Program-made: the position numbers and the translations under genes
The notes under the pieces: model-generated
What the model was told of the DNA's origin: nothing
Database searches by the model: none
The model's input: only the letters and a program-made list of their open reading frames with translations
Part shown: positions 1-15,352 of the stretch, piece after piece
Position numbering within the stretch: position 1 is the first letter of the stretch
How the letters are laid out: each line of letters opens with the position of its first letter
From: Octopus vulgaris
Taxonomy: Eukaryota
Direction: 5' to 3'
Length of the DNA stretch: 64,000 bases
Assembly (NCBI GenBank): GCA_951406725.2
Contig: OX597816.1
Location: 3,348,001 to 3,412,000 of the forward strand

Positions 1-113
1 ATACGGATCGGTAATTTTTGGAGTCAATTAATGGAAAAATCGATGCAGTGAAAATATTTGAAGATGTTTTAGCTCTTGCGATATGCACCCTTTGTCTGTC
101 TGTTTGTCTCTCG

Positions 114-168
<55 letters not shown>

Positions 169-258
169 TTTCTTATTCTTTCTCTGTCTCACCCTCTCAT
201 CTATTTCTCTGTCTATTCACCTTCAGACACATCATGCACTTCCGGTTCTATATAAATT

Positions 259-295
<37 letters not shown>

Positions 296-458
296 ATTTG
301 TGTGTACATATCTTTATTTGTTTGCATGTATATAAGTATACATGTGTGCGTGTATGTATGTAAGTAGATTTCTCTCTATATATGCACATATGCGTATACA
401 TATATATGTATATGTATAAATATATGTATAAATATATGTATATATATATGCAGATTTA

Positions 459-799
<341 letters not shown>

Positions 800-906
800 C
801 TCTATCTATCTCTCTATCTCTCTATCTCTCTATCTCTCTCTCAATCAATCTCTCTCTCTCTCTCTCTCTCAATCAATCTCTCTCTCTCTATCTATCTCTC
901 TATCTC

Positions 907-984
<78 letters not shown>

Positions 985-1119
985 AGCCACCTCAACATGG
1001 CTGTCCAATCGAACGGACATATACATATATGCAGGTATTTATGTGTGTGTTTGTGTGTGTGTGTATGTATATGTGTATGTGAGTGAATGTGTGTGTGTGT
1101 GTGTGTTCGTGTGCACGCG

Positions 1120-1199
<80 letters not shown>

Positions 1200-1302
1200 A
1201 TCTCTCTATCTCTCTATCTCTCTCTCAATCAATCTCTCTCTATCTCTCTCTCTCTCTCAATCAATCTCTCTCTCTCTATCTATCTCTCTATCTCTCTATC
1301 TC

Positions 1303-1364
<62 letters not shown>

Positions 1365-1505
1365 AGCCACCTCAACATGGCTGTCCAATCGAACGGACAT
1401 ATACATATATGCAGGTATTTATGTGTGTGTTTGTGTGTGTGTGTATGTATATGTGTATGTGTGTATGTGTTTGAATGTGTGTGTGTGTGTGTTTGTGTGC
1501 ACGCG
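800..1505. repeat. ~380-bp tandem duplication
   Basis: Unique core tatcagccacctcaacatggctgtccaatcgaacggac occurs at 981 and 1361, with matching microsatellite flanks. Confidence 0.9.
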
Positions 1506-1539
1506 CGTGTGTATGTGTGTGTATGTGTGTACATGCATC

Positions 1540-1825
1540 TCGGCGTCAGTGTTGTGGCAAGATGTAAGCCAACGCAGTTGTTGACAGAACCGGGGATTCC
1601 GCTCTCCCGGTTCACGTGCAGGAGCGCGCGCGCACGTCCGCACCGCCTGCAAGAAGACGTGGGCCAGCGCGCGTGTGCACGTCCGCGAACGTCGCCGAGA
1701 ACCGTGATGGCGGTGGTTCGAGTGTGGAAGGCGGGCGAGGGAACATTGCATGCTTCTACGCACATGTATTATGTATACGTGTTGTGCGTAGGAGTGTGTT
1801 CCGACCAGAGATTTCTCGTCACATG
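1540..1825. promoter_or_regulatory. CpG/GC-rich unique island, possible cis-regulatory element
   Basis: Many CpGs, gcgcgcgc tracts and cacgtg at 1613 in an AT-rich background. Confidence 0.3.
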
Positions 1826-2404
1826 ATCAGTTTGTTTTTCATTTATATTGGGGTTTTTTCTTCTTTTCCTTTATATATATATACACATATATATATATAC
1901 GTATATTGTTATTAGTGTTATTATTATTATTTGTAGTAGTAATCGCAGTATTAGTAATCTTTTGTGTGTGTCGTAGACATCCGTTTCTTGAAAGTCTCTC
2001 GGATAAGTTTGGCACTCGACTAGTAAGCATGCGTTCAGACGCTTTCGCATCAACAATCACAACCACCACCACCACCACCACCTCTGCGACTACCTATGGC
2101 TCCACCCCCACCCACTCAGAAATGTTTCCTGTTTTAACATCATCAACATCATCATCATCATCATCATCATCATCGTTGTCGTCCTCATCAACATTATCAT
2201 ATTCATCTGTTTTTATTTGTTTTCTTTTTTTTCTCTCCCCCCCGTTGCTGTAAATCTTTAAAAAGCTCCGTTCCGACATGTACTTGCATTATAATTCTTC
2301 CAACTGGCTTACATTGCGGACCGAGGCTTACCCAGGATCCAATATTTATATACAACACGCATAGACATATGCGTGTGCACATATCGAAATGTTTCCTGTT
2401 TTAA

Positions 2405-2450
<46 letters not shown>

Positions 2451-2769
2451 GTTGTCGTCCTCATCAACATTTTATTCAGCTTCGATGCAATTTATAATTC
2501 TGGGGATTCTTCGTTTACCTTACCAATATTTCTATATACATTCGTGCATAAATATATATATATGATATATGCAAACATATATTTATATATACAAACATAC
2601 AAGTGTACATGCATAGATACATACATACATTCTTGCACACACAGACACATACATACATACAGATACATTGAGCAATTACATAAATATAAACATTTACATA
2701 CATATATATATAATATATATATTTGTATATATATATGTATATACATATATATATATATATGTAAATAGA

Positions 2770-3366
2770 AGCATGCATACATGCATACACACATGATTAC
2801 ATAAACACATACATACATGCATACATGTAAACATACTTGTATGCAGGCATGCATGCATACACACACATATATTCATACATACATATAAACATACATACAT
2901 ACCTCCATACATGCATACATACATATATACATACATACATAAATACATGCACACACATACATACGCATACATACATACACACATACATGCATACCCACAT
3001 ACATACATACACCATACACACATACGTACATACATACACATACATACAAATATACATACACACATACATACATACATACATACATGCATACACACAGACA
3101 TACACACACATACATACAGACATACATACACATACATACACATACATACATACATACATACATACATACATACACACACATACACATACATACATACATA
3201 CATACATACATACATACATACATACATACATACATACATACATACATACATACATACATACATACATACATACATACATACATACATACATGTATACACA
3301 TACATACTTACATAAATACATACATATATACATACATACATACATACATACATACATACATACATG
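2770..3366. repeat. Degenerate to perfect (CATA)n microsatellite
   Basis: Direct reading; source of the HTYI/MYVC ORFs. Confidence 0.95.
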
Positions 3367-3584
3367 CGTGCACACAAATACAAACACAGAGGAAATGAAA
3401 CAAAATACTGAAGCGTTGCAATCCTAGAAAATGGCAAACAAACGGAATTATAAGACTGAAGAATTTAACCAAAAAGGATTCTACTCGCACCCGCTGTAAG
3501 TTACCCGGATTTATTTTATTTATTTATTTATTCCTTTTTAATACACCTTTCCACATTTACATGTTTTACAATAGTGAACTGGGG

Positions 3585-3830
3585 ATGCATGGCCTACTGG
3601 TTAGGGTGCTGCACTCTTGGTCCCAAGATCCTGGTTTCGATTCCAAGGCCGAGAGGTGAGGTGTGTTCTTGAGCAAAACAGTTCGTTTTACGTGCTCTCA
3701 GTGCTAAAGGAGCAATTCTGTGATGAACTGGTGTCCTGACCTGGGCGTTGAAGGTAGGGTGGGGGACAGTGTTGTGATCTCGGTGATTAAATCGCTAAGG
3801 AAACCACGCTACGAGTCCTTGGACTAGACA
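3585..3830 (+). mobile_element. Degenerate tRNA-derived SINE (CORE-like central part)
   Basis: A-box-like tggcctactggtt, B-box-like ggtttcgattcc, then gtgttcttgagcaaaaca as in the SINEs at 23400 and 28697. Confidence 0.6.
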
Positions 3831-3949
3831 CAGTAATGTCCACGGGACCTTACTAACTGATAAGTGAACTGACAGAAACAGGAGAGAGAGAGAGAAAGAG
3901 AGAGAGAGGGAGAGAGAGAAAGGGAGAGAGAAGTCAAATAGTGAGGTTT

Positions 3950-4118
3950 CAGGGCACCACTCACACGGGATTTTATCTCACCTTTTATAAAGGCGCTGCC
4001 GGGATATATTACTGGTATGTAAACTTACATGCGAAATTACATTCCACTTAAACATACGGTAGGCACCTCAAGCGACCACGTTCAGGCTTGGCCTTTGCGA
4101 CTTCATTCAAATATCATT

Positions 4119-4191
<73 letters not shown>

Positions 4192-4208
4192 GTATGTATA
4201 TATGTATG

Positions 4209-4242
<34 letters not shown>

Positions 4243-4272
4243 TGTATGTATGTATGTATGTCTGTATGTATG

Positions 4273-4344
<72 letters not shown>

Positions 4345-4700
4345 TATGTTTCAACCAAAGATTGGTCCAGGCCATGTCTAACTTAATAGCACCACCTGAT
4401 AGGATTATCTAAATCTTGTTTAAGTCAAGTTTTGTTTATGGTCCATTCAAGTAGTGAGTTTTTGTTGGGTGAGTTGTATCCAATTATGGGTGGCTTATCT
4501 GGTATTCCTTGAAGGAATCTATCCAGACTCCGTTTAAAGTTGATGGGATCCTTTTCCTCTTTGATCTCTTTCGGGACAATGTTAAAAGGGCAGGGCCTGT
4601 TGAGGAAAAGAAATTATGTTGCAATGTACATGTATGCTGTGATCTTGAATTGGGAGGGGACGTATGGCCCGTGGTCCCAGTCTTGGATGAACCTTGAAGC
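3950..4700 (-). mobile_element. 3' end of a CR1-group LINE, frameshifted, with a (TA)/(TATG) tract in the 3' UTR
   Basis: Minus-strand translation gives FFSSTGPAL..NIVPKEIK..FKRSLDRFLQGIPDKP..GYNS..NSLLEW, a typical CR1-group ORF2 C-terminus. The left boundary is uncertain. Confidence 0.7.
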
Positions 4701-4959
4701 TAATATATGTGTATGTATGTATATGTGTGTGTGTCTGTGTATACATATGTATGTAGGTATGTATATACATATATATGCATGTGTATGTATATATATGTAT
4801 ATGTATATATGTATGTACATATATATAAATGGCGGTGCCCCAGCATGGTCACAACTCGTGAGCTGAAACTAGATAAAATAAAATAAGATAAAATAAAATA
4901 TGTATATATACATACATATGTGTGTGAGTGTGTGTGTGTATGTGTGTATGCCTTTGTGC

Positions 4960-5328
4960 TTGTGTATGTTCTACACCACCGCTTGACAACCAATGTTGGT
5001 GCGCTTACGTTTTCATAAGCTAGCGGTTCGGCAATAGAGACCGATATAACAAGTATCAGGCTTAAAAAACATTGTACTGGGCTCGATTCATTCGACTAAA
5101 AATCCTTCAAGTCGATGCCCCAGCATGGCCGTAGTCTGAGGACTGAAACAAGCAAAAGGTAGGTGTGTGTGTGTGGTTAAGATGGTCACTTTGTTACCAA
5201 GTGCTCTCGGGTTCAGTCTCACCACAAACCATCTTAGGCAGGTGTCTTCTACATTCGTCTCGGGTCAACCAATGACTTGCGAACGAATTTATTGGACAGA
5301 AACTGTATGAAAGCCCATCGCGTGCGCG

Positions 5329-5382
<54 letters not shown>

Positions 5383-5578
5383 CGTGTGTATTTGTCCTCC
5401 CACACTGCTTGACAACCAGTCTTTGGTTTGTTTACGGCCCCATAATCTCGCGGCAAAAAAGATCGAGAAAGGCGGGAAAAAAAACCCCAGAGTCTAGACA
5501 AATAAATAACAAATAATGTTCTTTAAGGCTGTGCCCCAGCATGGCCGCCATCTAATGACTGAAACAAGTAAGAAGGAA
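4960..5578 (+). mobile_element. Two type-A SINE copies (3' half at 4960-5160; near full-length at 5170-5578)
   Basis: Shares gcttgacaacc and cagcatggccg..gactgaaacaag with the copy at 24672. Confidence 0.8.
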
Positions 5579-5889
5579 ATAAATGTAGAAAAGCATGAAC
5601 ATGACAACGTCCCCTTTTTGCCCTTCGCTTTAAGTGTAATTATGATGTGGCATCTACTTAACTAAGAAATAAGCATCGAGGTCCACCGTGAGCGAAGAGT
5701 AACGAAGGGTGTCAGATAAGGGCGCTGCCAACTGGCGTCGGTTCCTGGGTGAAGTAATTTCACTTCCCTTAGCAAAGCAATGTTCTTGGAAAACTTATTC
5801 GTAGTTTTGAGGTCAACGAAATTGGGATTTCAAAAACATCGAGGAATATGGCAACAATATTATTCTATGTAAGAAAAAATATCGGAACA

Positions 5890-6217
<328 letters not shown>

Positions 6218-6387
6218 TAAAGTTGTAAGCTTTCGTTTCTTCTGTCACTCAAATTGGAAATAAACTTAAAATAGAAGTGTGCTCATTCCACCCATTTCAC
6301 TCTGTTCCTTGACGAAGATTTCAAAATATTGATAGATGATTGTAACATATATATGCATATATATAAGCATATATATATATGTGTGTC

Positions 6388-6531
<144 letters not shown>

Positions 6532-6659
6532 CTGACAATGTTGGAGGGAATGGAGGGATGTTGGATTGTTCATATGCCTATTTTTGTATTTGTGGAATAG
6601 TATTATTGCACATTCTTTGGATGTATGTCTATATATACATATCTGCTATATATATATAT

Positions 6660-7024
6660 AGCTTTCTGCACTTCTCATCTCCATGCCAGCACTCCACACG
6701 GATTTACTACTGGATATTCTGATTCTACTTTCACGGATTTCGTCGGACTCTTTCGTTGATGTAAAATCGCTCCAATATGCCACCACTTTTGAACTACTTC
6801 GAACTCTTCGAACCATTGACCTTTCTGATTTTTCATACCAGTCGCCATGCTTGACCGTTAAATCTACAGGTTTTTTTCCCTTCTCTCTGCTTATTTTCTC
6901 TCATTCTTTTCTGCTGAAGAGCGTAGGCTCGAAACATAAAAAAACTTTCTCAGTTATCCTAGCGTCAAACTATTACACCTGATTGTTGTTCATACAAATG
7001 CCTTCGTTTTTATAAATTTCAACA

Positions 7025-7025
<1 letters not shown>
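6660..7025 (+). mobile_element. Penelope-like terminal repeat with a minimal HHR motif
   Basis: ctgaagagcgtaggctcgaaac at 6914. Related copies at 34600 and, more loosely, 19400 and 43080; all end next to (TA)n. Confidence 0.6.
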
Positions 7026-7090
<65 letters not shown>

Positions 7091-7312
7091 GCGGCGAGCT
7101 GGCAGACACGTTAGCACACCGGGAGAAATGCGTAGCCGTATTTCGTCTGCCGTTACGCTCTGAGTTCAAATTCCGCCGAGGTCGACTTTGCCTTTCATCC
7201 TTTCGGGGTCGATAAATTAAGTACCAGTTTCGCACTGGGGTCGATGTAATCGACTTAATTCCTTTGTCTGTCCTTGTTTGTCCCCTCTATGTTTAGCCCC
7301 TTGTGGGTAGTA

Positions 7313-7320
<8 letters not shown>
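7091..7320 (+). mobile_element. Type-B tRNA-derived SINE, full-length monomer
   Basis: A box tggcagacacgtt, B box gagttcaaattcc, central ggtcgactttgcctttcatcctttcggggtcgataaattaagtacc, tail ..ccccttgtgggtagtaaa. Confidence 0.9.
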
Positions 7321-7368
<48 letters not shown>

Positions 7369-7688
7369 CGCTTCATGATAATAGTCGTTTCAATGAAACT
7401 GTATCCTTCCGATACTCCTCGTTACATCTGCGTTCTTTGTGATGACTCTAAAGAGATGGAGTCGACCTTCAAGTCTTGAAACAGCCAAGATTGAAATATT
7501 CTCCAGTGTTTCTATGCATTACTTGTGGTATGGTAACCTTATGCGTCATATGTGTTTTCTTTGCAAACCAGAGTTACTCCGACAGATGTTTCCATAAACC
7601 ACACAACTGTCGTCACCATGAATGGGTGGAAAATCAGTGTTAGATACATCTTGCTTTTGCAGGTTATATGACGTATGTATACATAAAC

Positions 7689-7721
<33 letters not shown>

Positions 7722-7891
7722 ATATTAAATTAGAGATAAAACCACTATTAGGCAAATCAAACAGTAAAAATCATAAGCCAATACATAGAAAAAAATTAAT
7801 TAAAAAAATATAAAATATAAATATAAAAAATATAAATATAAAATTCCAAATTAAAATATTTAAATTAAAGTTAAAATTTTAAAAATTATTT

Positions 7892-7975
<84 letters not shown>

Positions 7976-8054
7976 TTGTATGTATACATAAACACAGATA
8001 TACACACACACATATATAAGACAGGTCCAAATATTGATATTTTGATGTTTTGTA

Positions 8055-8122
8055 TGTCGTTGATACACGCGTTTCGCGCAGTTATGTGAGAGAGTACTTA
8101 CGCATCCTCCTCAGGCAAGTCG
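8055..8122 (-). ncRNA. Degenerate hammerhead-like motif
   Basis: Minus strand: CUGAGGA..gcgta..tgcgc GAAAC gcgt GUA. Confidence 0.45.
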
Positions 8123-8480
8123 TTTTATTTCATTGATTTACAGATCTTTACTCGTAACTCAATCTCATGAGCATTACCATATTATTATGCAATAATTTCT
8201 CTTCTATGATGTTAGGGGATAATCTAAAGGAAGATTTGGCTACTGTTTGTGACAAAGAAATAACGCAGTGGTTTATTTACAGGATTATCTGTGGATATGA
8301 ATACAGGTATATGTGCATACATGTGTGTATGTGTATACATGTGCATGTCTGTATGTATGTGTATGTGTGAATGTATGTATGTATGCTTATATGCATGTTT
8401 CTGTGTGTGTGTGTGTGTGTATGGATGGTAAACGCTGTATACACCAGGCTTGTGGTGTAATTGGACCTTGTCTGTTCTCT

Positions 8481-9064
<584 letters not shown>

Positions 9065-9679
9065 ATATTTCTCTTAAAGGTTGGAGTTCAATTATATCGA
9101 ACAGGCTGCCAACCGACGACTATCCACAGGCGCGATCCCACTACTGCTCGACACGGGTTCTTTAGCCTACTGCGATTCAGCCCTGGACTGAGGCGACCCT
9201 CCCAAGACAACCTGATTTTGATGAGCTCTCTCTCCAGTGCCATATTGGTGCCGTTCAAGAATTTGGACCTGGAGATCTTCATTTCCAGCGACTTCGAGGG
9301 CCACCTCCCAGTGGTGTCGGGCGTCAACGAAGAGCCCTCGACTACAACAAGACGACCAAAGTTTTTTTTCTTTTTCCAAGGTCTGGCGTCTCCCGCCCCT
9401 AAGCCCTAGACCATCACCTAATCCCCCTCACCCGTCTTGTTGCTTAACAACAACAACAACAACAGCACCATATTGATGCCGAGTTTAGTGCGGACACCCG
9501 CAAACCATCCCCAAACCAGCCAACCAACCAAGCCTCCGGGTAGCTGGTTACAGGAGCACGCTACGACGACCAGCACTGGTTGTCTATTGGAAACTAATGA
9601 CGGAACTTCACTGAATTTTACGGATGCCAGTCTCTGGAAATTACAGACACTAAACGCAAAGTTCGATGACCTCCTCCTC

Positions 9680-10145
9680 CTGTGGTATTGAGCAAATATT
9701 CTGCTCAATACCACAGATTTGCCTATCAGTTGTTTGACCTTAACCAGTTGACTATGTCCCTTAGTGGCTAACGATATGTGCATCTCTGATCATGAGTAGA
9801 AGTAGTGGGGGAGCATCATAGCCCTGTGGTGAGAGGGATTCTTTGGGGTGTGGATAATTCACCTCTGGAAACATGGGTGTTTCGTTCAAAATCCTTAAAC
9901 AACCCTTATTCTGGGACCTTTTGAGCGAGATGGGCTACTCGACCAGAAGAAAATTCTAACTGGGCCCCACCTGCAAGGTCATGTGCTGTTTATCTTGATA
10001 TGAGATCACCATGTCACGCACATATGGTTGTGATGCATGTGCCTAGTGTACCCTTATCAGACGGGTAGTCATGATGTGTATACTGGACTTTGTATATTTT
10101 ACCCCAGTGTCACTTTGATGGCATGCACTACTCTCTCACTCAATA
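9680..10145 (-). repeat. Interspersed repeat adjoining (TAA/TGA)n, possibly a LINE 5' region, ending in a 15-bp fold-back
   Basis: Recalled as a common Octopus-type repeat. Hairpin ctgtggtattgagca/tgctcaataccacag at 9680-9716. Confidence 0.45.
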
Positions 10146-10169
10146 ATGATAATGATATTTACTTCTTAT

Positions 10170-10790
10170 TTTGGCTCAAGATCAGTAATTTTGGGGGAGA
10201 GGACTAATCAATTACATCGAACCAAGGGTTCAACTGGTAGTATTTTATCGACTCCAAAGAGTAAAAGGCAAAGTCGACCTCTGCGCAATTTGAACTCGGA
10301 ACATAAAGACAGACGAAATGCCGCTAAGCATTTTGCCCGGTGTGTTAACAATTCTGCCAGCTCACCGCTTAAAAAAAAAAAATAAAAATAATAATAATGG
10401 CCTCAAATGTTTCCACAGCAGCAGCCATTTTGGGGGAGGGGATTAGTTGATTACACCGACCCCAGTGATCAACTGGTACTTAATTTATGCCCCCACCCCC
10501 GAAAGGATGAAAAGCAAAGTCGACCTTGGCGGAATTTGAACTCAGAACGTAACGGCAGACGAAATACCTATTTCTTTACTACCCACAAGGGGCTAAACAC
10601 AGAGGGGATAAACAAGGACAGACAAACGGATTAAGTCGATTATATCGACCCCAGTGCGCAACTGGTACTTATTTAATCGACCCCGAAAGGATGAAAGGCA
10701 AAGTCGACCTCGGCGGAATTTGAACTCAGAATGTAGCGGCAGACGAAATACCACTAGGCATTTCGCCCGGCGTGCTATTTCGCCAAATGG
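10170..10790 (-). mobile_element. Cluster of type-B SINEs, including a tandem multimer
   Basis: Repeated gaaaggatgaaaggcaaagtcgacctcggcggaatttgaactc; multimer junction gaaatacctatttc at 10561. Confidence 0.85.
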
Positions 10791-10805
10791 TGGAAATAAT
10801 CTAAT

Positions 10806-10857
<52 letters not shown>

Positions 10858-11286
10858 TACTACTACTACTACTACAATGACGACGACGGCGATTACTACT
10901 TCCACTATTATTTGTCCGTACTCCCTCCCCTCCTCCTCCTCGTCGTCCTCCCACTCCTCCTTGTCCTCTTTCTCCTCCTCCCACTACTACTTGTAGTCAC
11001 CGCTCCTTGTTATAGTTCTCCGCCATATTTATATATCTTTATTAACCCACCCCGCCATCCCGAGCTATTATGACTTACAAACCTGTCACTTGTTTTAAAC
11101 GAGGCAGTATATCATCATATAATTAGCATAATTATATGTAATATATGACAATATATTACATTTTATGTGGAGACAAATACATTTGAGGTTGAACATTATC
11201 GATAAACTTGATGAGAGTTTGAGCACTTCATGTATCTATTCTCTCAATCTCTCTTTCTCTGTGGCACACGCAAATACTCAAATCAG

Positions 11287-11388
<102 letters not shown>

Positions 11389-11789
11389 TATATACGTAAA
11401 TGTTGGACAGTAAAAATGAGTCCTCAACACTGCATTCGGTGTTCCGTAATCTAGAAAGATTTTCAAAATCGTTAGTTTCAACGTGAGAATCGCTATTTTT
11501 GTAATCTTTAATGTCCTGTTTGTTCCACCATTAAAAGAACCATTAGCGCAGACAGCCGACATATACCATTTCGCTGGCAACAAGGGGAGTACAGGATGAC
11601 AGTCAGCCAAAACCGTCGCTATGCTGTCTCTCTTCTTTCTTCTCTCTGTGGGGTTAATAATCTAAAACTTTAGTTACAGTTTCTCATTAAAACTACATAA
11701 TAGGCAGAATTGTCTGATTAAGGCAGTAGGGTGTTCTGAGGAAGTTTTGGCTGCTATTTCTACCAGGTCTAGCTACCATGTAGAGGTCT

Positions 11790-12890
11790 ATCTCATTGAT
11801 ATTATATATTCCTTATGCTTTCCAAAACCGAGTTACAGATTTTGACGTATGGAGTATCAAAGGATTCAGTACTATTTTGGCTACAGATTAAACTTAATTT
11901 TCATTCACATATTTGTATTTCAAAAGTTTAACATAATCTTTTCTATAAATCATCTATCGTAAAAATTTTATACGACCACGTCACATTTTCTATATGTGTG
12001 TCTACCTTAAATGACGTCAGTCATCACGACACACACCTTCATTCACTCACTCTGTCTCCCTTTTTCTCTGTTCTTTTCGCTTTATCTTCTTTCATTTTCT
12101 GCTCTCTTAAATAAAATTTTTACGGATACAACTGCTTACAAAAATAGGGATTAATGTATAATTTCTGTCTATGTTCATAATTTTTTATTTACAATATTGG
12201 GAAAAATATGTCACCAAAGAAAAGACGTAATCTCTTCAGAAACAAGTATAAAGCAAGGAGGATTGTAGACAACCGAAGGTGAGAGTCTGAAGAGAGAAGT
12301 GAGATGAGATTTTCTCAACAACAGCAAATGCATGTTGCAGCACTTAATGCTGGATCATTTAATCAATGTTTTAATGATTAGAAAGAGGTCCAATAGAACA
12401 GCTCTCAGAAACAGACTACGTAAAAATTCATTCTTCACAACTCCTGAAGCTGTTTTCAGATATGATCCATCCCATTCTTATAAAAATAATAACTCTGTCC
12501 AAATTGGTATGCTAAACACAAATTTTCTTTTCTGTAGAGCTTTCAAACTTTCAAATGTAACAAATGATATATGCTGCTCAGGCGGTCAGGTAACATTGCC
12601 AGCACTACCAGCTCCTTCTCAACCTCTTATGGATCTTCTAGAAGGCACTTCCATCCAGTCAAAGAATTTTCGGAACGATATCAGACAATACAACTCTGCA
12701 AATGACATCTTTTGGTGCATCTAAGAAGATAGATAAACATGAATTAACGACGACGTCAAAAGTTCAAGGGCAATTCTATCACCTCATTGGTTCCAAGTTA
12801 CCCACAAATGAACAACCACAGTTCCTCCAAATTTACTTTATGAGTGATGTAGGACAACAAACCCGAAGGAGTTGTCAAGATTTCAGATGA
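11790..12890 (+). mobile_element. Helitron fragment (pseudogenised Rep-helicase N-terminal region)
   Basis: CCSGGQVTLPALPAP..LL..SKNFRNDIRQYNSA, then MTSFG..KVQGQFYHLIGS.LP..PQFLQIYF after a frameshift; these are hallmark Helitron motifs. The left boundary is approximate. Confidence 0.85.
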
Positions 12891-13143
12891 TGGGTCGTGT
12901 TAGACACAGCGCCGACTGTCGCAAAAGAGAGTATATCCACTAACAGCTTCTCGGTGCGTTCAAAAATCACATAACCCCACAGGTTAGGGCCTGAAATACT
13001 CCAAACATGTTGCTTAGCCTATCATTTACTCCACAAATATTTTGTTGTCAATGCTGCACTTTCCCATATCACCTGTTTGAATTATATACATTCATGTATT
13101 ATATATATATATATATAAACACACACACACACATATATATATA

Positions 13144-13192
<49 letters not shown>

Positions 13193-13199
13193 ATATATA

Positions 13200-13237
<38 letters not shown>

Positions 13238-13706
13238 CATATATGTGTGTGTGTGTGTACTTCACCATGAAATCCTTTCAATATAAAAAACAATTCAATC
13301 TAATTTAACTACACAATGATTATGCAAGCGCCATTAGCATTACTCACACACACACATACACATACAAACACACACACATATACACAGATACACATACACA
13401 CATATATACCTTACACACACACACACATGTACACGTCTTGTATTTGAATATGTTTTATTGGCCAATATATCCACAATCCATCAATTTGTCAAAATTTCTG
13501 ATTTATTGTTACAGGTGTGTACATTAATAATACTATCGGGAGACCATCAGATACTAATGTCACCAAAGCCAATTGTTCTCGACTATCGTTTTATAATTCC
13601 ATGAACATAAAATATTCACAAACAGAGACAGGCTTTAACAACAAAAACAAATACATATATTAATAAACAAATAATAATAAATCTTTCAAAAGTACGCTAA
13701 ATATCT

Positions 13707-13742
<36 letters not shown>

Positions 13743-14515
13743 AATATATATGTAATCTCTTAGTTTCACGTACAAGATCATTTTACTATCTTACTTATGA
13801 CACTTAAAATATTTATGAGGTTTATATCGAATTACCAATTTTTTTCTTTTGCTCCGCTCCCATTCATTTTTTTTTTTCTTTTGAGGTTAATAAACTGCTT
13901 ATCTCCCCTTCATCTACCGCTCTTTAACGTGTTTGAAAAATGTACGATCTGGTCTCCTGAATCGCGTGTATCCCTACAATCTCCACATAGTTTTATTATT
14001 GCCATATTAAATGTAATAGAGCATATTGAGAAGATTATTCACAGCAAACCGTCTTTCTTTCCCATAATTTCCAAATAATTATTTAAATTTGATCAAAAAC
14101 ATTCTCCTAAATGAAATCCTTAATGTATAAAATCTTAAGGTATAAAATGCCTCTTAAGATCTGTCCCTAGTGAGAGGACTACTACCAACGACGTTCTAGC
14201 CGTGACCATTCCGTTTTTTTTAAAAGTATGCTGGACTACATTATCCAATAGATCCTGCCAGTATTCATTTCATCATTTTGTAAAAACACCACGTAATTTT
14301 ATTTAAGTTAAGTTGTAATGATTGTATGTCTGTCATATTTTCTATTATTACCCATGATGGTGAAAGTAGATATATTACGGGTATCATGCTAGTATGTATG
14401 TATGTATGTATGTATGTATGTATGTATGTATGTATGTATGTATGTATGTATGTATGTATGTATGTATTATGTATGTATGTATGTATGTATGTATGTATGT
14501 ATGTATGTATGTATG

Positions 14516-15352
14516 TTCAGTTTTATTTCAAGATTTCTTGCCAATAGAGAAAGAGCCGGTTTCTAACCTAGATTCAAGACTCGTTCATTAGAATTTCAAT
14601 AGCAACATGGTATTTTTGTATGTATATATGTATGTATGTGTGCAGATATGTATGTTTTGTATGCTTATGTATGTATTCTCGTGCATATAGTTGTATATCT
14701 AGACATGCTCATATATATATTTAAGTGATAAACTTCTGCAAAGTTTTACAGATTTTTACGGTTCCAGTGATGGATTGGACCTGTAGCCTTCGAATTAGCT
14801 TTTTCCCTTCTGGTTTTGAGAAACATAATTTCTCAAATTTGGTATTTAGGCAGTGTGTTATATATCCCAGGGCTCCAATAATTATAGGTATAAACCTGCA
14901 CTTGTAATCTGGATAGAGTAATAATAGATTTCTCAATAGTTCAGCATAGGTGTTCTCTTTGACACTGATCTTCAGCTTTATGTTAACTTTTGCTGGGCAG
15001 CTAATTTCCACAACTGTGCACATTTTCACTTCTCTATCCCAATATTTCCTCTTCCTGGATTGCAAACGCATCTCTTTCAAAGTAGGAGGTAGTAATCCGG
15101 CTATTCGTCCATGATGGACTGCTTTGGTGACAATGTCGGAGCTTTCTCGCATCCATGCATAGTCTTCTGCTCATATAGATTCATCTTTTCACCTGATGAT
15201 ATGTTACGGTAGAGTCATGCAACTTCTTTGGGCTTATATTCTAGGTTATCAGACAAAGAGCGTTGCTCAAGGAGCTGCCTTCCAAGGCTTATGATGTTAT
15301 CAGCTTCATGTAGGCAAACTTGGTCAAGGGATGGACTTCGACTCTTGGTGGT
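14516..15352 (-). mobile_element. R4/Dong-like RLE LINE 3' fragment with an internal deletion, flanked by (TATG)n
   Basis: QKTMHG and FAIQEEEI joined to WDRE..VVEISCP..KENTY..IPIIIGALG (restriction-like endonuclease end). Confidence 0.8.

Noticed and set aside
11455-11500. KIVSFNVR, resembling a LINE endonuclease start
   Set aside because: No downstream endonuclease motifs.
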